In this document: positions 36,388 to 44,613 of the stretch, piece by piece
Position numbering within the stretch: the first letter of the stretch is position 1
Layout: every line of letters begins with the position of its first letter
Source: Nitrosopumilus sp.
GTDB taxonomy: Archaea; Thermoproteota; Nitrososphaeria; Nitrososphaerales; Nitrosopumilaceae
Direction: 5' to 3'
DNA: 64,000 nt
Assembly (NCBI GenBank): GCA_965218695.1
Contig: OZ244651.1
Location: 2,232,337-2,296,336 of the forward strand
Translations under genes and position numbers: made by a program
The notes under the pieces: model-generated
The model's input: the letters and a program-made list of their open reading frames with translations, nothing else
Database searches by the model: none
What the model was told of the DNA's origin: nothing

Positions 36388-37719
36388 TTACAGTTGTAAA
36401 GTCGTGCGTACCGCGTTGTTCCACGCCATCTTGTGGACGTACTTGATCCTGTAGTCGTCTTCCACGAGTCCGGCGTACAGTTTAACGAATCCGTCCATGT
36501 CGTCCAAAAGCGACAAGGCCCATTTGATGCCGTCCAAGACGCTAGATACAATCACTTGGCAGCCGTGTTCCATCCCGATCCGTTCCGCTTCCAGCACTGC
36601 CGCTCCCATGTCGCCGACCGGCGTAGCGGCCAGCAGTCTGTATTTGTTGGCAGATGGGGCTTTGGAACCGCCTCTTACGCGCCGCACGATCACTGGGGTG
36701 ATCGACTTTCCAGGCCGGATCTCGACTAACTCGTAGACGAATCCGGTATCTGGATCGAACTCCTTCACGTGCCCGAACGCGCTAGCTCCCGTACCGCGCA
36801 CAACCGTCTCGGTTACCGACGCGCCGCCCCACGCGCCGTTTCCAGCAGCTTCCCTGTAGGCAGCATGAACTGCCAGCGTAGGAAGTCTTATCCTTGCCTG
36901 GTCGCCGCACTTGAAGTGCTTTTCAAGTATCCTTTCCACATCATTTGCAGTCAGGCCTACGGGCCTGTCGAGTTTTGCCTTCCCTATCTCGCGCAAGTCA
37001 ACCAAGACCTTGAGCGCGTAAACCAGAAGGTCTCTCGGATTGGCCTTGCCGTCCTCCACGTGGCCCAGCATGGACAAGAACGCCTCCCTGACTCCCCCGC
37101 CACCGATGTCGCCGGGATATTCAAATCCATACGGCGCCTTCCAGTCAAACGAATGATCAGACCACCCCGATCTCCGATCCGCAGAGAAGCCGTTGGACTC
37201 CAGAAACGGCGTGACAGTCCCGGCATCCAGATTGCGCCCGGAATAGCCGCCCGGAATGTCTGAGCGGTGCAGCCGCACGTCCTGTCCGGGATCGGTGCAT
37301 TTCTTGAGCAACGACGTGATCATGACCGTGACTGCCGCCCCGTTGCCTGACGACGCCACCGTTTCCACCATTTCCTTGGCCAGCTTGTACGGTGCGTGCC
37401 CGCCACCGGAGGCAGCTATATTCAGGCATTCTCGGAGAATATGACGTGCATTCATCATTTTTGCAGGGAAGAAATGGCATATAAGCGCGGCACTCAGCGT
37501 CAGGAGGTAGCGGCTGGCGGCAATCCTCCGGGAACTGACGTTCTCTGCGGACTGGACATAAATCTTGTATTGCTCAAGAATGTCTGCGGTAAAGGAGCCA
37601 TCATATGTTTTCTTGGTCTTGCGAACCAGATCCTCGTCCTGTCGGTCAGTCACGCACATAGTGGGCGGATGGTCGGGTGGCTTGCCTGCATCGTGTAGTC
37701 GCTCTTGCACCAACCACAT
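36388..37719 (-). CDS. orphan 443-aa protein of unknown family
   Basis: Long ORF with protein-like composition. An alternative start is MCVTDRQ at 37659. The segment FDPDTGFVYELVEIRPGK is reminiscent of a PD-(D/E)xK-type nuclease signature, but I cannot assign a family. Confidence 0.6.
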   Translation of the reverse strand: MWLVQERLHDAGKPPDHPPTMCVTDRQDEDLVRKTKKTYDGSFTADILEQYKIYVQSAENVSSRRIAASRYLLTLSAALICHFFPAKMMNARHILRECLNIAASGGGHAPYKLAKEMVETVASSGNGAAVTVMITSLLKKCTDPGQDVRLHRSDIPGGYSGRNLDAGTVTPFLESNGFSADRRSGWSDHSFDWKAPYGFEYPGDIGGGGVREAFLSMLGHVEDGKANPRDLLVYALKVLVDLREIGKAKLDRPVGLTANDVERILEKHFKCGDQARIRLPTLAVHAAYREAAGNGAWGGASVTETVVRGTGASAFGHVKEFDPDTGFVYELVEIRPGKSITPVIVRRVRGGSKAPSANKYRLLAATPVGDMGAAVLEAERIGMEHGCQVIVSSVLDGIKWALSLLDDMDGFVKLYAGLVEDDYRIKYVHKMAWNNAVRTTLQL

Positions 37720-37901
37720 CTGCGCCCGTCTTTCCAGATGTTTACTTCAAACCATTCCATTGCTGTCTCGTCATCGGGAAACTTTTCAAACAGTTCTGTC
37801 AGGGTTATCCCCTTGCCGATGCGGTCTTGGGGCGGTCTGGGCACGTACCCGTTCTGGTAACTGCTTAGGTTCACGCCTAGGCTCGTCTTGCAATTGGTCA
37901 A
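37650..37901 (-). pseudogene. IS1595-family transposase relic (N-terminal zinc-ribbon segment only)
   Basis: GITLTELFEKFPDDETAMEWFEVNIWKDGRRCGWCKS matches the N-terminal Zn-ribbon region of IS1595/ISXO2-like transposases. No DDE domain follows, and the 5' part is interrupted by a MITE. Confidence 0.6.
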
Positions 37902-37950
37902 GTTTACGCCTGCTAATCCTGAAATTCACGTACGAACCTAAGCAGTTACC
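37856..37950. mobile_element. 95-bp MITE with IS66-like termini
   Basis: Perfect 17-bp TIR GGTAACTGCTTAGGTTC (37856-37872) pairs with GAACCTAAGCAGTTACC (37934-37950). The flanking 7-bp direct repeat is CCGTTCT (37849-37855 and 37951-37957). The terminus GTAACTG.TTAG resembles the TIR of the IS66 at 32290. Confidence 0.8.
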
Positions 37951-37999
37951 CCGTTCTGCGACGAATGATTTAATTTAGAACCGCGACAGGTAGCATCTA

Positions 38000-39121
38000 G
38001 TGAATTTTACAGACATCGGTCTTGACCAAATCTTCTCAACAGGCGACGACACCAACCCCCTGCTGATGCTGGTCTGGATCCTGCCGATAATCCTCTTTGT
38101 GTTCTACGGACAACGGATCCAGCTGTATGTGACCTCGGGGGAGATCAACAAGGCCATCAAGAAGCTTGACGGGTTCAGGACAGAGGCCAGAACCGAACTA
38201 ATCAACTATGTGAATCAGAACCTAGAGCCAAAAGACGATCCGGTAAGGAAGATTAACCGCTTTCTGGACTATTTCACGATCATGCCAGTAGACATGGATC
38301 CTGCAGGCATAGTGGAAAAGGTCAGGCACACAGTCAGATCCAGGGAGGACTACACCAGGGAGCATGCACGGTCACTCTCGCCTGGAGTCGGTGATCTGGA
38401 ACTGAGCAAGGTTCAGACCCTAATCGAGATTGCATCCTCGCTGCAGATGATTCACAAGATCATCAACCACATGTTCCTGACTGCAAAGAGACAAAACAAC
38501 TATCCGCTGATCCTGCCCCTGCAGATGATTCTCCCATTCATAATGGAGCATGCAGTGGCGATGAAGGAGGCAATCCCCGCATTCAAGTCAGGACAGCCCA
38601 TAGGCGACGGGATAGGGCCCATGGTGGTTGGAAGAATGATGTTGGAGAGCAAAAAGGAGGCAGCGGCGTTTCAGACGGTTCTGGCAAGGACCGAGTTTGA
38701 GGGCAGGACGGTGCTTCTCCTGAAGGCAAAGGGGCCTGACTCCACTGTGGGACGGCCTGCAGACGCGCTGGAGGGCATCATCTCCAAGGACAGGATGGAC
38801 ATGATAATAATGGTCGATGCGGCACTAAAGATGGAAGGTGAGGAGTCTGCGTCCGTGGCGCACGGGTTTGGCGCGGCAATAGGAGGAATCGGGACGGAGA
38901 GGTTTCAGATCGAGGCGGTTGCAACCGACAACGGCATCCCGGTACTCTCGATTGTGGTAAAGCAGTCGGTCCGGGAGGCCATAACCCTCATGACCAGGAA
39001 CATATCCAATCAGGCAGACAACGTGCGATCCCAGGTGTATGAGATGATTCTTGAAAATACCCGGCCGGGCCAGTCAGTACTGGTGATTGGCGTGGGCAAC
39101 ACGGCAGGAGTTCTGCAATGA
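38000..39121 (+). CDS. conserved archaeal membrane-anchored protein (DUF1512-like)
   Basis: 373-aa ORF with a GTG start and an N-terminal TM (LLMLVWILPIILFVFYGQRIQ). The family name is from memory. Confidence 0.55.
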   Translation: MNFTDIGLDQIFSTGDDTNPLLMLVWILPIILFVFYGQRIQLYVTSGEINKAIKKLDGFRTEARTELINYVNQNLEPKDDPVRKINRFLDYFTIMPVDMDPAGIVEKVRHTVRSREDYTREHARSLSPGVGDLELSKVQTLIEIASSLQMIHKIINHMFLTAKRQNNYPLILPLQMILPFIMEHAVAMKEAIPAFKSGQPIGDGIGPMVVGRMMLESKKEAAAFQTVLARTEFEGRTVLLLKAKGPDSTVGRPADALEGIISKDRMDMIIMVDAALKMEGEESASVAHGFGAAIGGIGTERFQIEAVATDNGIPVLSIVVKQSVREAITLMTRNISNQADNVRSQVYEMILENTRPGQSVLVIGVGNTAGVLQ

Positions 39122-39300
39122 TTCACATGGAGAGGAAACTCACCAGAGAGTACACCGTTGAAAAGTGCACAAAGTGCGGCTCCTTGGAACAGAGAAAGTT
39201 TTCTGCAGGTGACATTCTGTTCAACGTATCTGGCAAATGCGCCTCATGCGACGGCGCGATGCGCATCGAGAAGATCTTTGGCGAGACGCTATTCTACTAG
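39118..39300 (+). CDS. small zinc-ribbon protein
   Basis: 60-aa ORF with CTKCGS...CASCDG. Its start overlaps the preceding stop. Confidence 0.5.
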   Translation: MIHMERKLTREYTVEKCTKCGSLEQRKFSAGDILFNVSGKCASCDGAMRIEKIFGETLFY

Positions 39301-39310
39301 ACTGTCATTA

Positions 39311-40222
39311 TTATGCCTCGGTGGTGATGGTCACGCCGTTCTCGTTTGGAATAAACGTGTGTTCTGCCTGGGCCACCCTCTGCTCGTGTATCTCTACAAG
39401 GACTGGATATGCCTTGACTGCCTTCTTTTTAACCAGAAACTCCAGCAGTCTTCTTGCCTCGGCCCCCTCAAACTCTTCTGTCAGCCACCTAAGCGCAAAG
39501 GGCAGCATGTTAAAGCTCTCCCAGATAAAGTCAAGCATCCTATCTGCCTCCTTGTCCTTTGTCCTTTTACGGGAGTTCAAGGCAAAGATGTTCTTTGTCT
39601 TTCCGTTCCTGACGAATCCTCCCCCGTTCTTGGTTGTGACAAACGGCTCGCACGCATAGGCTGCGCCGCTTGAAAGTGAAAATCCTCCAATCGACCACGT
39701 GTTTGGGATGGTCTTTCCTGCGTGTATGGTGTACTGGTCCAGCGAATGGCCGCTGAGGTTTATGATGGGTTTGGCCCCCATCTGCTTTATCGTCGACTCG
39801 ATGGTCCGTCCGATATCCCTTGCCTTTACGTCTGCCTTTATCATCGCCATCGCGTTCTTCAGTGCCTTCTCGGATGCCTCAACAAGGCCGTCATATCGGG
39901 TATCATAGCACACAGTCACTGCCGTGTCTGCAATGTATCCGTTTATCTGCGCCCCAAGGTCAATCTTAACCAGATCGGTGTCCTTGATGGTGATTGGATC
40001 GTTTGGTTCTGCCGTATAGTGTGCTGCAACCTCGTTGATGCTGGTGTTTACCGGAAACGCACACTTTGCGCCCCTGCTTCTAATCTGGCCTTCCACCTCC
40101 TCACATATCTCATAAACTGTCATTCCAGTCCAGTCTTTTGCCCTGACCATCTCCCTTACCTGGGATGCAATCTTTCCGGCCTTGAGATAGTCGTCTGTCT
40201 GCATATCATGGATTCCCTGCAT
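39311..40222 (-). CDS. map: methionine aminopeptidase, type 2 (archaeal)
   Basis: 303-aa ORF with the archaeal/eukaryotic MetAP2 layout, including the C-terminal inserted helical domain. Confidence 0.88.
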   Translation of the reverse strand: MQGIHDMQTDDYLKAGKIASQVREMVRAKDWTGMTVYEICEEVEGQIRSRGAKCAFPVNTSINEVAAHYTAEPNDPITIKDTDLVKIDLGAQINGYIADTAVTVCYDTRYDGLVEASEKALKNAMAMIKADVKARDIGRTIESTIKQMGAKPIINLSGHSLDQYTIHAGKTIPNTWSIGGFSLSSGAAYACEPFVTTKNGGGFVRNGKTKNIFALNSRKRTKDKEADRMLDFIWESFNMLPFALRWLTEEFEGAEARRLLEFLVKKKAVKAYPVLVEIHEQRVAQAEHTFIPNENGVTITTEA

Positions 40223-40276
40223 GCCATTAAAATGATTATCTGTGAGGCTTAAATTGGGTTGTTTTTAGGATTCGTT

Positions 40277-40350
40277 GGGATCGTGGTCTAGCTTGGTATG
40301 ATTCTGCGTTTGGGACGCAGAGGTCGCGCGTTCAAATCTCGCCGATCCCA
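40277..40350 (+). tRNA. tRNA-Pro (anticodon UGG)
   Basis: Hand-folded. Acceptor stem GGGATCG/CGATCCC. Anticodon stem CTGCG/CGCAG with loop TT-TGG-GA. T arm GCGCG-TTCAAAT-CTCGC with one C-U mismatch. Discriminator A, and no encoded CCA. Confidence 0.8.
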
Positions 40351-40493
40351 TATGTTATAACCGAGCCAAGACGTGGTGTGGGTGCCGGGCAATGAAGAAG
40401 AGTTAGAGTGATGATGATGATTATACAGTGAAATAACCCAATTGGCACTGAGCTCCGGCATGTTTTTATGAATTCCAGCATCCATTACTCCTG

Positions 40494-40739
40494 TTGAATT
40501 TTGAAAGACGAGACATAATCCTGATTGTGGGGCTTTTGCTGTTCATGATTGGGTTGATGCCGTTCATGCCTCCAATTTATGCGGTCCTCATAGTGATTGC
40601 CATGTATTTTGGAATCAAGGTGTACGTGGGACAGCGGAAACGGTCGATACTGCGCGACACAGGAGAGGGAATATGCATGGAGTGCGGCTCCAAGGTATCC
40701 GGCAAGAAGTGTCCTGTCTGCGACGCAGAGGAACAATGA
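40494..40739 (+). CDS. small membrane protein with C-terminal zinc ribbon
   Basis: 81-aa ORF with a TTG start, two TM helices and CMECGS...CPVCD. Confidence 0.45.
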   Translation: MNFERRDIILIVGLLLFMIGLMPFMPPIYAVLIVIAMYFGIKVYVGQRKRSILRDTGEGICMECGSKVSGKKCPVCDAEEQ

Positions 40740-40869
40740 GCTTGCAGGGAAGCCATGCCGGTCAGAATCCGAATCATTCCCCCATTATGGGGGAAAGATG
40801 TATAACTTTAACAACAAGCTCAATTTTTACTATTTCTATTTTAAAATGATATTGATGGTACAAAAAACA

Positions 40870-43002
40870 ATGATGGCTCGGAGTCTGTATGTGATACCCT
40901 TTCTGATCCTGTTTGGGGCCGTAGCGTATGCCCAGACCGGGGAGGCACCTGCAGACGATGCCTCACAGTCGCCCTTGATGGTGGATACGGACATGTCCGA
41001 GTATATCCATGGCGACACAATCATAATGTCTGCCCATACGTCGGTGCCCATTCCAGACGAGTTCCTGTCGTACTACGTCAGTGATCCCAACGGTCAGGTG
41101 ATCCACAGGGAAACGATAGGTGGTTCTGGCGGCAATTTTGACAACCGCATATTTCTCACCGGCAATCTTGTATACGGGACCTATGTGATCACGGCCGACT
41201 ACGGCGACCAGCACGCCTCTGCAACCTTTGAGGTGACAGGCCCCGTGGTTCCCGACGTCATCCAGGTGGCAGCCTCACTGACTGTTGACTCAGACGTGGA
41301 CGTTTACGTGACAGGAGACACCATGCTATTTAGCGGGGTAGTCGAGGACATCGATTCCTACAGCGCCAGCACCCCGGTAAGGATCACCATATCCTACGAC
41401 GCTGCTGCGTCTGCCGGCATCAGCAGGCAGACTGGCAGCACATCCGATTATATCGTTACGTCCTTCCCTGACGGCACGGGCAGTTTTTCAGCACAGGTCA
41501 AGGCAGTCTCAAACCTCTTTGGTACAGGAAACTATGTTGTCACTGCCACATATATTGACGGCACTGCCACAGACGCGTTCCAGGTTGTAGAACCCCTGGA
41601 TCTGGACAATGCTGCAATTACTACTGACAGAGACGTGTACGGGTATGGACAGGCAGTACACCTGAACGGCACGATTCCACCAAGCGCAGTCACCTCGCTT
41701 GACATCACGCTGACGCGCCCTGACGGGACAGTCGAGGAGCATCAGGCAGACATCAGCGACCAGAGATTCTCATGGTCATGGACCGTTCCAATCACCCAGC
41801 CCGCAGGCGGCTCTGACCCCCTGGGCATTCTTGGCTTTTACACCATAGGCATCTCCGCGGAGGACACCGACAGGGAGATCATCTTCAAGGTATCAGAAGA
41901 TCCCGAAAACGACTCACTCACAGAGATTCCAATCCTTGTCCGCACCGACAAACCCGTGTATCTGGTGGAGGAGACGTTCAGCGTAACCGGAAATGTGATC
42001 GTGGGCGACCAGGGAGACGCACTTGCGCCGGACAGGGTCACAATACAGGTAAATGACGGGGTGTTCTCGTTCAGGCACATCTATGAGGCACAGGTATATC
42101 CTGATCAGGGCGGCAAGTTCTCAAGCGTCTTTGACATACCGATAACGGTGTTTGAGGAAGGCACGTACTTTGTAAGGGCAATTTATGGGGATTCGCGGGC
42201 AGAGACCTCGTTTGATGTAGTCAGCGAGATTGACCTTGATGCCGGGGAACACGTCTCGGTGTTTGCATCCCCGGACAAATCCAGGTACAATCCCGGAGAT
42301 GCCATCGTAATCACTGGGGGCACGAACAAGCCTGCGGACATAACAGAGTTTGATGTGAGCATAATTCAGATATCAGGGACCACGTGCGAGCCCGATGTCT
42401 GCCAGACGGCATCTGCAGCTCCGGGCGAATCCGGACTGTTCACACACACGTTCGTCATTCCGGACACCGAATCGGCCATAGGAAAGTACGCAGTTGTCGT
42501 GGATGCCGGGGTTGACACAGTATCGACCCAGTTCCAGATAGTCGGGGAGACGCCTGACCCCAGGGTAATATTTGAAAAGGGCCACAGGATACCCGAAAGA
42601 ATGATTACCGTCACCACAGGAGAGAGGACGGTAGACGGCACCGCATTTGAGCCCAGGGTTGTCTTTGGCTCGGTGGTCACTGCAACCGGAAGCAGCACGT
42701 CTGATGTAAACCTCAGGGTTCTAAGCGATGCGGGAACGTGCATCATAGGCACGGCAGACGACTGTCTTGTGTCCGAGTCCACCCGAAGGCCAGGGCAGAT
42801 ATATGACACTGTGGATGTCGACGGGATGATGCTCAACGTGCGGTACAGCGGTCCGGACGTGCAGGTGGAAAAGTTTACGATTCTGCCTGAATCCGACGAT
42901 GCCTCCCTGCCGGATGCCGGCTGGAATGTCGAGGTGGTAAAGGCCGACGAACAGGTCTCGCGGTTCTACTACAAGGTCACGTACAGGACGGCGGCACAGT
43001 AA
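40870..43002 (+). CDS. secreted protein with repeated Ig-like/MG-like beta-sandwich modules
   Basis: The track ORF starts at 40597. MMARSLYVIPFLILFGAVAYAQ (ATG at 40870) is a signal peptide preceded by the AT-rich TTTTAAAA. The module starter recurs at least 5 times (TDMSEYIHGDTI, SDVDVYVTGDTM, TDRDVYGYGQAV, TDKPVYLVEETF, PDKSRYNPGDAI). Confidence 0.7.
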   Translation: MMARSLYVIPFLILFGAVAYAQTGEAPADDASQSPLMVDTDMSEYIHGDTIIMSAHTSVPIPDEFLSYYVSDPNGQVIHRETIGGSGGNFDNRIFLTGNLVYGTYVITADYGDQHASATFEVTGPVVPDVIQVAASLTVDSDVDVYVTGDTMLFSGVVEDIDSYSASTPVRITISYDAAASAGISRQTGSTSDYIVTSFPDGTGSFSAQVKAVSNLFGTGNYVVTATYIDGTATDAFQVVEPLDLDNAAITTDRDVYGYGQAVHLNGTIPPSAVTSLDITLTRPDGTVEEHQADISDQRFSWSWTVPITQPAGGSDPLGILGFYTIGISAEDTDREIIFKVSEDPENDSLTEIPILVRTDKPVYLVEETFSVTGNVIVGDQGDALAPDRVTIQVNDGVFSFRHIYEAQVYPDQGGKFSSVFDIPITVFEEGTYFVRAIYGDSRAETSFDVVSEIDLDAGEHVSVFASPDKSRYNPGDAIVITGGTNKPADITEFDVSIIQISGTTCEPDVCQTASAAPGESGLFTHTFVIPDTESAIGKYAVVVDAGVDTVSTQFQIVGETPDPRVIFEKGHRIPERMITVTTGERTVDGTAFEPRVVFGSVVTATGSSTSDVNLRVLSDAGTCIIGTADDCLVSESTRRPGQIYDTVDVDGMMLNVRYSGPDVQVEKFTILPESDDASLPDAGWNVEVVKADEQVSRFYYKVTYRTAAQ

Positions 43003-43036
43003 GTTCCAAATACTGCCTGCCACGTACTCTGGTAAG

Positions 43037-43534
43037 ATGAATCTTCAGGTTCTGATGTTCCATCAGGACGACCCAAGAAAGTGCACGGCTGCAAAGATGG
43101 TAAGGTTTGGCCTTGCCAGAAGCATCCAAAGGATTGGCAGGAGGGGGCTCGTGCTGGACCCGTTCTCAGACCAGGTACTGCTTCCCCGGGACAGGTTCCT
43201 GGTCAACGCCATAATCGGGATCGACTGCTCCTGGAGCCTTGCAGAACGGGAGTTTTCAAGACGGTTTGGCCGCATCCGCAGAAGGCTTCCGCCACTGCTT
43301 GCAGGAAACCCTGTCAACTATTCCAAACTCGGCAAGCTGACAACTGTCGAGGCACTGTCTGCGGCCCTGACAATTATGGGATTTCAGGAGCAGGCCGCCG
43401 ACCTGCTTGGCAAGTTCAAGTGGGGCCACACGTTTCTTGATCTCAACAGGCACCTCCTCGAGGAGTACTCTGGGCTTGAAGACCAGGCACAGATAGAGGA
43501 AATCCTGAAAGAGTACCGCCTCGTGCAGACATGA
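43037..43534 (+). CDS. tsr3: 16S rRNA aminocarboxypropyltransferase Tsr3 (DUF367)
   Basis: 165-aa ORF with HQDDPRKCTAAKM...GIDCSW...LLAGNPVNYSKLGKLTTVEA. Confidence 0.8.
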   Translation: MNLQVLMFHQDDPRKCTAAKMVRFGLARSIQRIGRRGLVLDPFSDQVLLPRDRFLVNAIIGIDCSWSLAEREFSRRFGRIRRRLPPLLAGNPVNYSKLGKLTTVEALSAALTIMGFQEQAADLLGKFKWGHTFLDLNRHLLEEYSGLEDQAQIEEILKEYRLVQT

Positions 43535-43620
43535 TGGTTGCCTCCTTGCCAGACCGAGGGGGCATGTGGCATCAAAATATTCATAAGCAATATCTATGAG
43601 GAAGGACGGAGTTATTCCAG

Positions 43621-44586
43621 ATGAGATATGTACTTGCCCTGGCTCTGATACCGCTCCTTGCATACACTCCGAACGCGTTTTCAGAGGGTCTTGAGGTGTT
43701 TACATCAAGCTCGGTGTACTCTCCCGTGCACAACCTGCAGATCTACGGAACCGCGCTTCCAGAAGAGAACCTGATAATACGCCTCTTTGCCCCGGACGGC
43801 TCGATTGCAAAGTTTGACCAGATAACGACAGAGCACGACGGCAGATTCAACTACAACCTGCTGGAGTGGCCCGAGCCCACCGTCGGATTCCCCTACGGAA
43901 CGTACACGGTGGAGGTGATCAGCACGGTGCAAAACGGCCTGTCAGAGAGCGTCGATGTAAAGTTTTCATCCACAGCAGAGCTGCGCGATGTGCCGGTGGA
44001 AAGGCACGTCACGGTGTCGGTGTTTGCGCCCGAGACTGCCGCAATCAACCAGCCAATCAGGGTGTTTGTACAGACTACCAGCGACGGCCTGTTGCTTGGG
44101 AACAGCCCGGAAGACCTGCTTGATGATACGCACGTCCATCTGCCGTCAGGCGTCTCAGTCAAACTCTCAGACTCCTTTGAGACGCTGCACCGGGGACTGC
44201 ACTTTGTGGATTACGTCCCGGTAGAGGAGGGCACGCATGTCTTTCATGTCGTGGCATTCACTCAGGGAACCACCTCGCACGGCTCTACTGCCACCAACGT
44301 ACTCAGACAGGATCTTGGCGGAATATCCGATCAGATAGTCCGGCTCAACTCCGTACTTGACGAGACCTCAGCCGAGCTTGACGTGCTAAAGTCCCAGATT
44401 GCAGACTTTGATGTGACCCTTGACCAGGCAAGCGACACCATAAACAACAGTACCGGGGCCATCAGGGACTCGGTGGACTTTATCAGCGAGGCCTCAACCC
44501 AGCTCAACTCGCTGCTCTTCCCAATCATTGCATCAATAGGAATCATAGTGGCGCTGCAGATAGCCATCATTGCCAGAAGAAGATAG
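43621..44586 (+). CDS. secreted protein with Ig-like N-domain, coiled coil and C-terminal TM anchor
   Basis: 321-aa ORF with the signal peptide MRYVLALALIPLLAYTPNAFS and the C-terminal LLFPIIASIGIIVALQIAIIARRR. Confidence 0.65.
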   Translation: MRYVLALALIPLLAYTPNAFSEGLEVFTSSSVYSPVHNLQIYGTALPEENLIIRLFAPDGSIAKFDQITTEHDGRFNYNLLEWPEPTVGFPYGTYTVEVISTVQNGLSESVDVKFSSTAELRDVPVERHVTVSVFAPETAAINQPIRVFVQTTSDGLLLGNSPEDLLDDTHVHLPSGVSVKLSDSFETLHRGLHFVDYVPVEEGTHVFHVVAFTQGTTSHGSTATNVLRQDLGGISDQIVRLNSVLDETSAELDVLKSQIADFDVTLDQASDTINNSTGAIRDSVDFISEASTQLNSLLFPIIASIGIIVALQIAIIARRR

Positions 44587-44613
44587 TTATACCAACACCT
44601 ACAAAAGGATGAC

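Noticed and set aside
30033-38000. Search for att-type direct repeats or a tRNA fragment flanking the integrase island
   Set aside because: I found no convincing repeat of 12 nt or more between 30033-30124 or 31481-31580 and 37950-38000, and no similarity to the tRNA-Pro 3' half. The island boundaries therefore rest on gene content only.
40405-40455. Possible C/D-box sRNA downstream of tRNA-Pro: GTGATGA at 40408-40414, CTGA at 40448-40451, and flanking GAG/CTC
   Set aside because: Only 33 nt separate the C and D boxes, which is too short for two guide regions plus D'/C' boxes, and I see no clear D'/C' pair. The TGATGA motif is part of a simple (TGA)4 run. It is worth a snoscan-type check but is not supportable by eye.
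40288-40485. 65-aa ORF on the minus strand
   Set aside because: It overlaps the tRNA-Pro gene and has no coding character.
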